Shown here piece after piece: positions 12,299 to 25,981 of a stretch of 64,000 nucleotides of DNA. Both the position numbers and the translations under genes were made by a program. Source of the stretch: Octopus sinensis (Eukaryota); contig NC_042998.1 of the NCBI RefSeq assembly GCF_006345805.1, forward strand, positions 23,808,001-23,872,000, in the 5' to 3' direction. Under the pieces are notes generated by a model, which was given only the letters and a program-made list of their open reading frames with translations, had not been told where the DNA came from and searched no databases. Position 1 is the first letter of the stretch, and each line of letters starts with the position of its first letter.

Positions 12299-12520
12299 AT
12301 CATTTAATGTGTTGGTATCCTCCCATATGCCAGGCTCAAAACGAAGATAACTCATATAAAATATTTCTTCTTAATCCATGATAAACCAAATTTATTACAA
12401 ATCATCCATAAGGCAGTAAGCTGGCAGAATCATTAGTGTGCCAAGCAAAGGTGCTTAGTGGATATCTTCATTCTGAGTTCAAACACCTTTGAAGTTGACT
12501 TTGCCTTTTTTCCTCTCAGG

Positions 12521-13253
12521 CAGGGCTGGGTTAAGACCCATAGAGGCCCTAAGCACTTAAAAGGTTTTGGTGTCCTCAGGCATAGGTAATCGTTTATTTA
12601 ACGTCCGCTTTCCATGCTAGCATGGGCTGGATGAATGACTGAGGGTTGGCGAACCAGATGGCTGCACCGGGCTTCAATCTTGATCTGGCAGAGTTTCTAC
12701 AGCTGGATGCCCTTCCTAAAGCCAACCACTCTGAGAGTGTAGTGGGTGCTTTTATGTGCCACCGGCACGGGGCCAGTCAGGTGGTACTGGCAACGACCTC
12801 ACTCGAATCTTTTACACATGCCACCGACACAGGTGCCAGTAAGGCGATGCTGGTAACGAATAAATGGTTCAAAATGTAAGCAAAAATAATTCAAAAGGTA
12901 AACAATATTAAAACATTAACTAAATTTTTATTTTTCCGAAATGAAACAAAATTCACAGTAAGATGGAAAATAAAGTTTATTTTTGTATGTTTCCATTTTA
13001 TTTACATTTGAAAAGTTTTCTCCATTTTTTTTTTTATTGCAAAGTGTTCAATGATATCGTTAAAATTAATTAATTAAAATTAAAACTTCTGCTTCTATAC
13101 TTAGTAGAGATAAGACATTATGAACATTATTTTAGCAAGTTTGAAGTGATTTCTTTCATGCTGTAAGCCATTTTCATTTCTGTGGTGCCCCTCCCCCGTC
13201 CCTTGGTGCCTCAAGCACATGCTTATTTTGCATAATGAGTTAATTTAGTGCTG
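12521..13253. mobile_element. hAT-type non-autonomous DNA transposon inserted into a SINE C and containing an RTE 3' fragment (~12590-12870)
   Basis: 8-bp TSD CTCTCAGG at 12513-12520 and 13254-13261; degenerate termini CAGGGCTGGGTTAAG / GTTAATTTAGTGCTG; SINE C sequence resumes after the TSD. Confidence 0.75.
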
Positions 13254-13924
13254 CTCTCAGGGTCAATAAAATAAACACCAGTTCAGAAGTGGGATCAATG
13301 CAATTGACTGGGGTCAGTGTAAGTCACTTTCCCAATATATCAGGTCTTGTATTATTTTTAGAATGAATTATGAATTCACCATAAGGCGGTGCCCTGGGAA
13401 GAATCCTTACCATATTGGACAAGGTGCTATTTCTTTTGGTGTTTTATATTCTGAGTTTAACTGCTGTCAATGTTGGTTTTGCTTGTCATTCTTTGGGGTG
13501 GGGGTGTCAATAAAATAAGTACCAGTTGAACCCGGGGGTGGGCGGTTGGGGTGGGTGTTTAATGTAATCGACTTCCTACTCTCAAAATTGCTGGCCTTGT
13601 GTCTAAATTAAAACAAATTATAAACCATCTGCCACCACCACCACCAACACCACCAACAACAACAGCAACAACACCGCCACTGCTGTTGTCATTGTCATCG
13701 TCATTGTCGTCATCATTGTCATCATCAATACCGGCAGCTGCAGCTACAGACATGTTTCCCCACAATTTTAAGGCATACAAGTATAGCTGTGTATGTGATG
13801 CACATCGGTAGGCACAGATTCCAGGTTCAGTCCCACTGCATGGCACCTTGGGTAAATACTTTCTACTATAGCCCTGGACTGACCAAAGCATCATCACACC
13901 TTCACATGTATATATATGTGTGTA

Positions 13925-14207
13925 TATACACAGGTGCCTCGTCTGGCACCTGTGTCAGTAGCACATAAAAAAACACCATCCAAGTGTGGCCGTTCGCCAG
14001 CCTCGTCTGGCACCTGTGTCGGTCGCACATAAAAAGCACCCACTACACTCACGGAGTGGTTGGCGTTAGGAAGGGCATCCAGCTGTAGAAACACTGCCAG
14101 ATCTGACTGGCCTGGTGCAGCCTTCGGGCTCCCCAGACCCCAGTTGAACCGTCCAACCCATGCTAGCATGGAAAGCGGACGTTAAACGATGATGATGATG
14201 ATGATGA
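13925..14207 (+). mobile_element. RTE LINE 3'UTR fragment
   Basis: GGTTGGCGTTAGGAAGGGCATCCAGCTGTAGAAAC...GGAAAGCGGACGTTAAACGATGATGA. Confidence 0.85.
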
Positions 14208-14468
14208 TACACACATATATACATATGCACATGCACACGTATACACACATACAATCACATATATACACACATGCACACATAACTAAAAAGGTTTAAGCCC
14301 ATCCCTTGCATTGAAATCTCACAGGGTAACTTGCACTGTGCTTTCATTATGTGTTTTAGACGGGCATCCAGTTGCAAGAAGATACAAAAACTCTCAGCTA
14401 ATCCCACCAGACTATCCATATGTCCATTTGATGCTGAACGAGAGCTTCACCAGCACTACACAACATAG

Positions 14469-14863
14469 TCTTTATATATAAAAGAGAGGTTGTGTGTCTG
14501 TCTCCTACGATTTAGATTCCTAACTACTCCCACATTTTGCGGTGCAGTGTAACCAAAACCGGGTATCTTATAGTCGTGATTCATATCGAGCCCTTCTGGG
14601 TATTAGCACGCGTCTATGATGAGTCTATGATTTAAAAAAAGAATTTACCATTTTTTTCCATTTTAATGCATTTTTTCGCTATTATATAAGGGAAGTAACT
14701 CTCTAAAAATGTCTACGATGAGTCAACGATTTAAAAAAAAATTTACCATAATTTTTTTTCCATTTTTAATGCATTTTTTGCTATCTTTTGGCTATAACTC
14801 TCTAAAAATGCTTATATAGTTATTTCCCTTACAAACCCGAGCAACGCCGGGCGATACTGCTAG
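14469..14863 (+). mobile_element. Non-autonomous Helitron
   Basis: 5' TCTTTATATATAAAA; 3' hairpin CCCG-AGCAACGC-CGGG then CTAG|T; internal tandem duplication. Confidence 0.85.
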
Positions 14864-15699
14864 TTAAAACTAAAATGGGCTAAAAGAAATAATTCCAAGT
14901 AGCCAGTGGTAAGATCACCTCTACTTTCCATTTGGTGTTAATCTCAGTTACCAATAGGTGCATTTAAACTATGATATTTAATGCACCTTTATTCATCTTT
15001 GGTGTTCAAATTTGTCACTGGCCACTTTGAGTTATTTCCCCTTGCTCATTTTTGTTGTTTTTTTTATGCTACGTCATGCATGTTGTCTACTCTTCTTACA
15101 TATGTCCAAATTCTTTGTCTGTCAGGGCATGACAGCTGGAATTCTGATGATGATTATCAAGGTAAAAACATGTCCACAGCTACCTTTTTGTCTCCAAACT
15201 GTCAGATTATTTTTTGCTAGTGGAATGACGGTTCCAGAGAATTCTTCAATCTTGGGATTATCTCACTCTCAACTTTGGAGTCAGTCACAATCCCCATTAG
15301 ACATTTGTTTTACCTTCTGTGGAAGTGAAAATTATTTCAATAAATCAGCAGTTTATGGTGTATGGATTTTGATGTACCTTTATTTGTCTTTGTTATTCAA
15401 ATTGCTGCCACTGGCCACACAAAGTTATATTTCTTAGCTCATTTGCTTATCTTTGTTTTAAACACAAACACACACACACACACACATATGCACATATGAC
15501 TGTGTACACATCTGTATTTGTCGTTATGTGTGTGTTTGTGTATGTATGTGTGTGTGGTATCCTCTGTTCTTATAGAACACACATTTAAGTGTGATAAAGA
15601 TTACTTTTCTGAATATATATATATATGAATATGCATATTTATATACAATTAGGTATATATAAATCTATGCAAGCATAGCCACAACTCTTGAGCTGCAAC

Positions 15700-15724
15700 T
15701 AGTAAAAGAATAAAGAATATATTC

Positions 15725-15755
<31 letters not shown>

Positions 15756-15766
15756 TATATATACAC

Positions 15767-15801
<35 letters not shown>

Positions 15802-16233
15802 GATATTTATATAAAATACTTGGGTATATATATCTATGTGTTTTTATATATATAAATATATTTATATACACACACACTCAGATATGTATATTAAATGCTT
15901 AGGTACATATATTTATGTGTGTGGATGTGTGTATGTATGTGTGTATGTAGGTGTGTGTGTATATATATATAAACGTGTGCGTATGTATATTTTGTATATG
16001 TACAAACTAGGTGTAAAAGAATAAAGAATATATTCATATATATATATATATATACACACACATATACACACACACATATATATATACACACATACACAGA
16101 TATTTATATAAAATACTTGGGTATATATCTATGTGTTTATATATATACACACACCACACACACACACACATATATATATACACACATACACAGATATTTA
16201 TATAAAATACTTGGGTATATATATCTATGTGTT

Positions 16234-16275
<42 letters not shown>

Positions 16276-16343
16276 TATGTATATTAAATGCTTAGGTACA
16301 TATATTTATGTGTGTGGATGTGTGTATGTATGTGTGTATGTAG

Positions 16344-16374
<31 letters not shown>

Positions 16375-16410
16375 AACATGTGTGTATATGTATATTTTGT
16401 ATATGTACAA
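15700..16410. repeat. Tandemly duplicated compound TA/CA microsatellite blocks
   Basis: Unique spacers CAGATATTTATATAAAATACTTGGGT (three copies) and CAGATATGTATATTAAATGCTTAGGTAC (two copies). Confidence 0.85.
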
Positions 16411-17136
16411 CATAGGTGTACTCTATTTTTACATCTAAATAAGTCAAATTTTCATTTTATATTTTTTTGTATTTTTGAAAACCGTCTTCAAGATTTCTTT
16501 TCTTAGAATACATACATATGCAATTTCCTTATCGTGTTTATTTGATTGAATGATCACATGAGTGTCTGCTCTCATATCTCAAAAACTACTGAAGCTAAGA
16601 AGTTTTGCTAAATTATTTTATCAATGGTTACAATGCGAAATAAGAAAATTGCGTTGTTTGTGTTGTTGTTTCATTTTCTCTCTGTGAGAAGAATTGGTGA
16701 GGTGTTAATATTATTTCAATATGAAGTATGTGGTCCTATTTAATATGTCATTGCTGAATAAGTAACAGAATATAGAAAAAAAAAATGAAATCAGTTATGC
16801 AAAAATTTGAGCTAGAATATGTTCCCAGACAACTTGACAGTAAAGGATCCACTTTCTAAATATCAGGGTAGTAGTGATAGTCAATGTGGATGATACATTA
16901 AAAAATAACTGAATTTTGCTGACTTGTTTGGTTAATATGAGGCCAAATATTTATCCTGTTATCTTTTGTGCTTTGCTTGTTTCAGTTGTTAGATGAAGGC
17001 CATGCTAGGGCACTGCTTTGAACAATTTAGTACATACTTTTTTCACCCTGGTATTTGTTCTATTGGTCTTTTTTGCTGAATACCTAAGTCGTGGGGATAT
17101 AAACAAACACCAGTTGTTAAACAATGATGGGGTTAA

Positions 17137-17173
<37 letters not shown>

Positions 17174-17379
17174 ACACACACACACACACATGCATACATA
17201 CATACATGGTGGCTGCCCCCTCGTTATCAAGTATGGCCATTGCACGAAGCTTAATCAATGTTGTTATCGTGCAATGCCTGTGCAAGAAGATATTTTTTTA
17301 AAGTGAGGAAAGGCTGTGCACTGAGTCAATCCCACTCACTAAGCAACAGCAGCCATAATCCGAAAAGAAGAACAAGTCA

Positions 17380-17740
17380 ACATCATCGGTAACCACTGAG
17401 CCACAGGTTTTATGTCGGAGTTATCCCAGTTACCTGAGTTACCTTCTCCTAGAAGGATGCCCTAACAAAGGCTAGGAGTCCTTCACTCCCAATGGTTTAA
17501 CCGCGCGATCGGGTATTCAGTCCGATTATTTCTATGTCCCTGTGCATGATACAGCCTTAAGGCATTTATTGGATGGCCGTTGACTCTCAAGAGTTCCTCC
17601 GCCCTTTGACGGGCTTTGTTTTTCATCCCGCAGGGTGTACAATAAACACCCTCCTCACCAAGCAAGCTTGGTGGGGTTGCCGGTTTAGTCGCCAACGACC
17701 CAACCATGCGACAGGTCGTACTGGTTTACATGTTACCAGC
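17380..17740. mobile_element. GC-richer interspersed-repeat remnant, resembling an RTE-type 5' region
   Basis: CCTTCTCCTAGAAGGATGCCCTAACAAAGGCTAG and CCAAGCAAGCTTGG hairpin-like motif; similarity recalled from memory. Confidence 0.35.
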
Positions 17741-17879
17741 TGAATAATGACATACCTACAAATGTGACTTTTTAGCCCAGCTAAAGATCTACAATGTCTT
17801 GTACAGAATTGGCAGCTAAAACCTTTACCAGAGGTTGCTGGCTATAGTTGTAACTGGGCTTCATGTACCTTTGCATGTC

Positions 17880-17965
17880 GTTACATATATATATATTATA
17901 TATATATATATAAGGGTATGTATATATATATATACTATATATATATATATATATAAGGGTATGTA

Positions 17966-17996
<31 letters not shown>

Positions 17997-18007
17997 ATAA
18001 GGGTATG

Positions 18008-18041
<34 letters not shown>

Positions 18042-18049
18042 AGGGTATG

Positions 18050-18085
<36 letters not shown>

Positions 18086-18092
18086 GGGTATC

Positions 18093-18124
<32 letters not shown>

Positions 18125-18132
18125 AGGGTATC

Positions 18133-18166
<34 letters not shown>

Positions 18167-18215
18167 AGGGTATCTATATATATATATATTATATATAAGG
18201 GTATCTATATATATA
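17880..18215. repeat. (TA)n minisatellite punctuated by AAGGGTAT(G/C)
   Basis: About nine AGGGTAT spacers between TA runs. Confidence 0.9.
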
Positions 18216-18359
18216 TGAGGGCTTTAGTTCACTTGTGATCTTAACAAATAGGTATGCTGAGTAAGTGCTATAGTTGGTCGTCTGTTAGGTTCCAAGTTCA
18301 CAGCTGAGGCAGGCTCTAGGGATCCATATTAGGGTTCCATTATAGCAGGTATATATTAC

Positions 18360-18508
18360 ATTAGAGGTAAAAGCAAAACCAAAGCAGAGTGAGTATCTCA
18401 AGTCATTTACAATAATTTAATTAAGGTAAAGTGTATTTGAAGTCTAATTAAATTATTCTAAATGACTTGAGATACTCACTCTGCTTTGGTTTTGATTTTC
18501 CCTCTAAT
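18360..18508. repeat. 64-bp inverted repeat (3 mismatches) with 21-bp spacer, abutting (TA)n
   Basis: 18360-18423 versus 18445-18508. Confidence 0.9.
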
Positions 18509-18614
18509 ATGATATATATATATATATACATATATATATACATACATATATATAAGTTTTTGACTATTTTTTAAAAATCCAAAATAATGCTAACTATACT
18601 ATTCTACATTATGT

Positions 18615-18652
<38 letters not shown>

Positions 18653-18879
18653 TAGTGGAAAATGTAAATTTCAGTGAGAAAGACTAACAAAATCAGTGTT
18701 ACCTACCTAACTACCTACCTACTTATCTACCTAACTACTTAACTACCTACCTACCTTCCTACTTACCTACCTACCTACTTACCTACCTACCTACTTTCCT
18801 ACATACCTACCTTCCTACATACCTACCTACATACCTACCTACATACATACCTACCTACATACATACATACATACATACA

Positions 18880-18908
<29 letters not shown>

Positions 18909-18914
<6 letters not shown>

Positions 18915-19280
18915 CTCCTTCAAAATCAAAGAGACAGAAGATAACTATGGACAACTGCTTCAAAATCTCCAGCTTCTATATCTGGATTACAAATTTACAT
19001 TTATACCAATAATGATTGGAGTGCTTGGTTTCTCAAGTAAATGCTTAACTGTCAGTGTAGATAAGCTCAGATTTTCAGGAAAAGAAATCAACCAACTGAT
19101 TCGCACATTACCAACACAATCCATAAGTGGAAGACTAAAACTATGCAAAACTTTTCTCGGCTTTAAAATGTGACATTATTTTCATTATCTGCATTTCAAA
19201 GATGGAGCTTTGTATCTCTGCTAGAAACCAGCACCTTCTCCAGAGGAAGAATTTAAAAGATTAAAAATAAAAGAGACATA
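18909..19280 (+). mobile_element. 5'-truncated R4/Dong/NeSL-type (REL endonuclease) non-LTR retrotransposon end within a (CATA)n array
   Basis: Open frame ISFKIKETEDNYGQLLQNLQLLYLDYKFTFIPIMIGVLGFSSKCLTVSVDKLRFSGKEINQLIRTLPTQSISGRLKLCKTFLGFKM* (stop 19171-19173) resembles the K..KY..L...F.F.P.I.GALG C-terminus; absent from the ORF track. Confidence 0.7.
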
Positions 19281-19334
19281 CTTACATACATGCATGCATA
19301 CATACATGCATACATACATATATATATATATATG

Positions 19335-19600
19335 TTGTGGTCGTTGTCAGTGCCACCGGACTGGCTCCTGTGCTAGTGGCATGTAAAAAGCACCATTCAA
19401 CCGTGGTTGATGCCAGTACTGCCTGACTGGCCCTTGTGCCAGTGGCACGTAAAAAAACACCCACTACACTCTTGGAGTGGTTGGTGTTAGGAAGGCAGAT
19501 CAGATTGGATCCTGGTGCAGCCTGCTGGCTTTCCAACCCTCAATCAAACCATCCAACCCATGTCAGCATGGAAAGTGGCCGTTAAACGATGATGATGATT
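19335..19600 (+). mobile_element. RTE LINE 3'UTR fragment
   Basis: Same 3' terminus and (TGA)n tail. Confidence 0.8.
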
Positions 19601-19604
19601 ATAT

Positions 19605-19930
19605 TGAGACCGCCTTCGGTTCGGTCATGACTGACCATGAAACTGCACCTAGAAAGTTACCCTCCCAGGCACAAGTCCGGGCAAGGTTGTTTATGGGAGA
19701 CCATCAGTCGCCCATGCATACTGGCCTCCCCTTTCCACGCCACCAGTGTTATCCAGCAGATACAGCTTGGCACCTGTGACGTTGCAATTCATTTCTACAG
19801 CTGAGTGAACTGGAGCAATGTGAAATAAAGTGTCTTGCTCAAGAGCACAACATGCAGCCCGGTCTGGGATTCGAACTCACAACATCACAATTGTAAGCTC
19901 GACTCTCTAACCACTGAGCCATCACCTTCA
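19605..19930 (-). mobile_element. tRNA-derived SINE family F (CORE-like plus Nin/Deu-like motif)
   Basis: Minus: TGGCTCAGTGGTTAGAG...GAGTTCGAATCCC; CTTGAGCAAGACACTTTATTTCAC; CCAGTTCACTCAGCTGTAGAAATG. Confidence 0.7.
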
Positions 19931-20654
19931 CATGATGATATATGCACATACATACATATACAAATGAATGCAAACAAAACTACAAGTAAATAATAGCTTA
20001 TAAAAAATGTCAGGTAAAATATCACAGGTAAAACATAGGCAGAAAATTGTGAAGAAGTAACAACACTCTTTACCACCCACAATACATTTTTATTTAAAGT
20101 ATTTCTCTAGAATTTTTACAATTACTCAAGCTATGAAATAATCTCATGCTGGCAGTTGATTTTTCAATAAAAAAAGCAACTTTATCTCTGATCTGCTTAA
20201 TTTTAATAGTCATCAAATTAAATCTTCTATGCATTTTACTTGTGTTTTGAATACCAATCTTCTCTTTCTTTCATTCACAAATTCCTCTCATACTTCTTCG
20301 CATTCCTTCTTCAAACATCCATCCTGATTTCTATTGCAAATCTACCTTACACATCCAACAAATTGTACTCATTACAGCTCTTCTTTTATCAACAGCATTA
20401 CCATACAAATCTAAACCAAACCATATAGAATTTATCCATTATTAGAATGGAAAATAATATATTTGTGTTCCATTGAGTTTTTAATATTATCTCCATAAAG
20501 GTCACTAAAAAGCATTAGACCATTGATCTTTGGTAAATTCCTTTGAGAGTTAAAGGTTTGATAAATTCTTCTTTCATATATTCTGGCATTTATAAGACAA
20601 CTTGCACAGTATATTGATTTTTATTTTTTTTCGCTCTCCCTTTCTCTCTGTCTC

Positions 20655-20695
<41 letters not shown>

Positions 20696-20943
20696 CTCTC
20701 TTTTTCTCTCTTTATCTACATTCCTTGCATCTCCTCTCTGCCGCCTTTTCTTTAAATAGCAACTATATCCTATGCTTGACTATGAATTATCTTCATCACT
20801 TTCAGAATTGTAAACCTATTCAGAATAACACTGTTATCAGCATTTATTTTGAAATTTTCACAGACTGCTGTGTTTAAATAGAATTCACGATTTCTTTGCA
20901 ATTTAAAAAAAAAAAAAAAAATTATTATTTAATTATTTATCTA

Positions 20944-20974
<31 letters not shown>

Positions 20975-22039
20975 CTCAGTTTTGCTGTTTCCAGAAAAGT
21001 TTTGTAATCTTGAGGCAAAACACAAATAACGGGTAAATAAAAAAAAATAAGGCAATAAGCGTAAAAAGACTAAAATAGAACGAAAACAAATGTCATTGTC
21101 TTACAAATTAAATATAGCTTGCAGTATAGATGTGAATTTGGGGTACTAGAAATGTTTTCTTACAATTTGGTTGCTTTATAAATCTCACTACACATTTGCT
21201 AAATTCTAAAAACATTCTACACACCTCTGACAAAATTTTGTTAGTAGTTGATAAACAAGTGTAATTTTATTTTAATCTCGTTTCTTTTTTGATTGCTTTC
21301 TTTCATAGTGGTTGGTTTTATTTTAGACATAACTGTGGTTTCATCACTGCAAACATTGTGCAAAAAAGTTATAATTGGAAAAATAAAATAAAATAAAATA
21401 AAATAAAAAATATATAGCCTCAAAACAAAGCACATACTGTGCCTAATGTACTATATAAATAAATATATTCAAGCTTTTTGTAGAGTTTGTTGTTTTATTT
21501 CTACAACGAATTTAGCATCAACTATTATTTTATATTACTTCAATACAATGAAAGGCATCAATATAAATTTTAGCTATTTTTCAAAAAGTTATATAATAGT
21601 ATATTAAAGAATTCGGTAATTTTCGGCAAAAGCTTTGATATCATATTGAAGAATTATAAATCTTCTAAATGGAAGGGAAAATATAATAAAAATATAAGAA
21701 AAATAAAAGAAAAAAAATGAAAGGAAAAAAAACCCATAATAGCTTCCTTTGCATCTCATGAAGCATTAATTTTGTATTTTGTACAAAATGGTAAATTTTT
21801 TTTAAAGATGGAATCCAACAAGATGAAAAATAACATCATTTGCGAAGCCTCTATTGTCAACAACATCATTAGTGAATTTAGCATTAAAAATTGTGTATCA
21901 GAAAATTGATTCCCTTTCAGGTTTATTCCGGAGGTAAATAAATAAAACAACTTCCTTAAAACTATATTTATTGACATATTTATCATAATTTCAGATTCAA
22001 TTTCCATCAGTGCTTTCCATTACATTTCAACATCGTAGA

Positions 22040-22401
22040 ATACTCGTATGTGTGTGTATGTGTATGTGTGTATGTGTGTATGTATGTGTGTATGTTACAT
22101 ATGTATGTATGTATGTATGTGTATGTATGTATGTATGTATGTATGTATGTATGTATGTGTATGTATGTATGTATGTATGTGTATGTATGTGTGTATGTAT
22201 GTGTGTGTACGTATGTATGTGTGTGTGTGTGTATGTATGTGTATGTATGTATGTATATATGTATGTATGTCTGTGTGTATGTATGTAGGTGTGTATGAAT
22301 ATATGTATGAATGTAGATATGTATGTATGTATGTATGTATGAATGTATGTATGCATGAATGTATGTATGTATGCATGAATGTATGTATGTATATATGCAT
22401 G

Positions 22402-22432
<31 letters not shown>

Positions 22433-22450
22433 TGTTATGTATGTATGTAT
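22040..22450. repeat. (GTAT)n/(GT)n compound microsatellite
   Basis: Direct observation. Confidence 0.95.
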
Positions 22451-22640
22451 ATATGTATGTACATGTATTAATGCCTGTAATGTATGTATACTTTATTTTG
22501 ATAACATTTTTACATTTAGCAGATCGACTCAGAAAAATAATCCAGTATGCCATTTAATCTAGCATGATAATTAATTTTATCTTCTACTGAAAATGCTACG
22601 TTGCTAAGAATAGCACATACATATATATATATACACACAC

Positions 22641-22699
<59 letters not shown>

Positions 22700-22702
<3 letters not shown>

Positions 22703-22842
22703 TCAAGATTAATCAGCCAAATTACTACGATGATCCGGTTCTTGACTGAAGACTGAGGGTTTCGAATGTCCTGTCCATGTTTATTGTATCGTCTTCTAAG
22801 AGTTATACGTTCTTGTCCATGTTGTATTTTTCTACATACCTT

Positions 22843-22845
<3 letters not shown>
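22700..22845 (+). mobile_element. Short interspersed repeat between (TA)n runs; longer paralogue at ~33960-34350
   Basis: Shared CTCAAGATTAATCAGCC.AAATT...GATGATCCGGTTCTTGACTGAAGA. Confidence 0.7.
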
Positions 22846-22895
<50 letters not shown>

Positions 22896-23465
22896 CTTAC
22901 ATACTTACATATTTTAATTTGTGTTTTTCTAAGTATTGCAAACTATATTCTTCTAGAAAGCATTTGGATATTACAGTAAACTACCTTCATGGAAATCTCC
23001 AGATTAACAAGGCACAACAAAAGTACAAAAATAATAATGATAATAACAACAATAATAATCATAATAATAATAATAATGATGATGATGATGATGATGATAA
23101 AAATAATGATCTGCTTTTGTATTATTTTTGATGTAAGATATTGATTCTTTTAATGGCCAACTTATGCAGCCAAGATTTAGTTTTGGATTTTATTGCGTAG
23201 TGACTAAAATATCATATGTAATGCAGAGTGATGTATGATGAAATTAAGATTGAAAGTTTATATGATTTTTTAAAAAATAGCTATGTATTGATAAATAAGG
23301 AAGGAAATAAAAGCCCTGCATATTATTATAGGTGCTGGTGTAGCTGTGTGTGAGGAAATTTGCTTCTCATTTACATGACTCTGGGTTCAGTCCCACTGTG
23401 TGTTACCTTGGGTAAGTGTCTTCTACTTATAGCCTTGTGAGTGGATTTGGCTCATGGAAATTGAA

Positions 23466-23870
23466 ACATCATCATCATCATCATTTAATGTCCAGTTTCC
23501 ATGCTAGCATGGGTTGGACGATTTTACTGAGGTCTGGCGAACCAGATGGCTGCACCAGACTCCAATCTGATCTGGCAGAGTTTCTACAGCTGGATGCCCT
23601 TCCTAACGCCAACCGCTCTGAGAGTGTAGTGGGTGCTTTTATGTGCCACCAGCACGAGGGCCTGTCGGGCACATTGGCAACGGCCACGCTCAGATGGTGC
23701 TTTTTATGTGCCACCTGCACAGGAGCCAGTCCAGCGGCACTGGCAACGAACTTCCTTGTATGTTTTTTCAAGTGCCACCAGCACAAGTGCCACCAGCACA
23801 AGTGCCAGTAAGGCAAAGCGGGTAACAATCATGCTCGAATGGTGCTTTTTATGTGCCACCGGCATGGAGA
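23466..23870 (-). mobile_element. RTE LINE 3'UTR fragment following a SINE B 5' half
   Basis: Family match; SINE B head at ~23330-23465. Confidence 0.8.
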
Positions 23871-24064
23871 TCCTCATTGTCATCAATCAGTATCTGTTTT
23901 CCATGCTGGCATGGGTTGGATAGTTTGATAGGTGCTGGCAAGCCAGGGAGCTACTTTAGGCTCTGTTTTGTCTGTTTATATGTACGTGTCTTTGTGTGTC
24001 TTCAAATAAATACCAGGTTTGGCTTGTTAGATCATATAAACTTTCTATCTCAGTTTCATCATGT

Positions 24065-24225
24065 AGGTGCAGGTATGGCTGTGTGGTAAGAAGTCTGCTT
24101 TCCGGCCACCTGGTTCCAGTTTCAGTCCCACTGTGTGGCATTGTGGGCAAGTGTCTTCTACTATAGCCTCAAGCTGACCAAGGCGTTGTGAGTGGACTTG
24201 ATAGATGGAAACTGAAAGAAACCCA

Positions 24226-24269
<44 letters not shown>

Positions 24270-24490
24270 ATGCATGTGTTTGTTTGTGGCTTTGTTTGTC
24301 CCCCCACCATCACTTGATAACCGGTGTTGGTGTGTTTACATCCCTGTAACTTAGCAGTTCAGCAAAAGAGACTGATAAAGTAGCAGGCTTCAAAAAAATA
24401 AGTACTGGGGTCGATTCGTTTGAAATTATTCAAGGCAGTGCCCCAGCATGGCCACAATCCAATCACTGAAACAGGTAAAAGATAAAAGGT
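24065..24490 (+). mobile_element. SINE family B
   Basis: Family match. Confidence 0.8.
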
Positions 24491-25162
24491 ATTTAAAGTG
24501 AAACAACATAAAATAAAGCATAAAACATAATAAATTGAAATATTTTTAATCAATAAAATGTTTTGTCGTGCTTTTTCCTTTCATCTCCATTTCGGCCCCT
24601 CTTTTTCTTTATTTTTCCCTTCTCTTTATTAATATATACATCAAACAAATTTAAACACTAGTAGCATATTGATAAATAAGGAAAAGGACAAAAAAAAAAA
24701 AAAACCCAGGATATCTTCTACAGTTTTAGTTTTGTTTGATGTACATTATTAAAAAAGGTAAAAAAATAAAAATCAGGGCAAAAAGGGAATGGAGAAAAAA
24801 AAAATACTGGCAAAACACTTTATTGATTTAAAATGCTTGAATATATTCTGTTTCTTACTCTGCTGTATGTAATTCTCTTCAAATACTGAAATTCTTCTTG
24901 TTAAACATTTCTTGAAAATTTTTCAACTTGTTAACTTTTACTCTAAGCGTACAATTCTTTGAAACTTTATTTTTGTGTCTGCTTATTTATAGATTATATG
25001 TGAAGCTGTGAACCTATAGCTCTGAGGCTTTCTACGAATTACATTTCTATATTCTAAAAGTAATCATGGCTCATTATCATAAATGTGTGACTCACTTTTA
25101 TAGAAATATTTTTAAAGTTTTGTTCTTTTTTTTCATTATATTGTTGTGAAAAATATTGAAGA

Positions 25163-25650
25163 GGCATAGGAGTGGCTGTGTGGTAAGTAGCTTGCTTATG
25201 AACCACACGGCTCTGGGTTCAGTCCTACTTCGTGTCACCTTGGGCAAGTGTCTTCTACTATAGCCTTGGGCTAACCAAAACCTTGTGAGCGGACTTGGTA
25301 GACTGAAACTGAAAGAAGCCCATTGTATATATGTGTGTGTGTGTATATATATATATACGTATGTATGTATGTATGTATGTATGTATGTTTATATATATAT
25401 ATAAATATATGTATGTATATGTATGTATGTGTGTGTGTATATGTTTGTGTGTCTGTGTTTGTCCCCTCAACATCACTTGACAACCGATGCTGGTGTGTTT
25501 ATGTCCTCGTAACCTTGCGGTTCAGCAAAAGAGACTGATAGAATAAGTACTAAGCTTACAAAGAATAAGTCCTGGGGTCGATTTGCTTGACTAAAGGCAG
25601 TGCTCCAGCATGGCCACAATCAAATGATTGAAAGAAGTAAAAGAGTAAAG
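25163..25650 (+). mobile_element. SINE family B
   Basis: Family match. Confidence 0.85.
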
Positions 25651-25769
25651 AGGCCAGAAAAAAAAAAAGAGAGAAAGGAAGTAAGAAAAAAAGCTTGTGG
25701 TCATTGCAATTGGACAACTGGTGAAAAAAACAAGAAAAACCATTCTAATAAAAAGAGTGCTTTATGTCT

Positions 25770-25980
25770 GCATCATCATCATCATCATCATTGTCATCGT
25801 TGTCATCATCATCACTACCACTACCATCATCACTGTCACAACTAACATCACTGCTGCTACCATCGTTGCCACCACTGCCACCACCATCACCACCACCAAC
25901 ACTGCGGCCACCACCACATCCACCACCACCGCCGCTGCCACCTTTATCACCACCACCACCACCACCATCACCACCATTAC
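25770..25980. repeat. (CAT)/(CAC) trinucleotide low-complexity tract
   Basis: Direct observation. Confidence 0.9.
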
Positions 25981-25981
25981 C

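Noticed and set aside
15012-15437. 141-aa hydrophobic ORF (and similar ORFs at 10654, 32458, 44749, 59484, 62058)
   Set aside because: No recognisable motif or family; lengths are compatible with chance.
22740-22775. CTGAAGA...CGAATGTC as a hammerhead (also ~34255)
   Set aside because: No GAAA and no convincing stem II.
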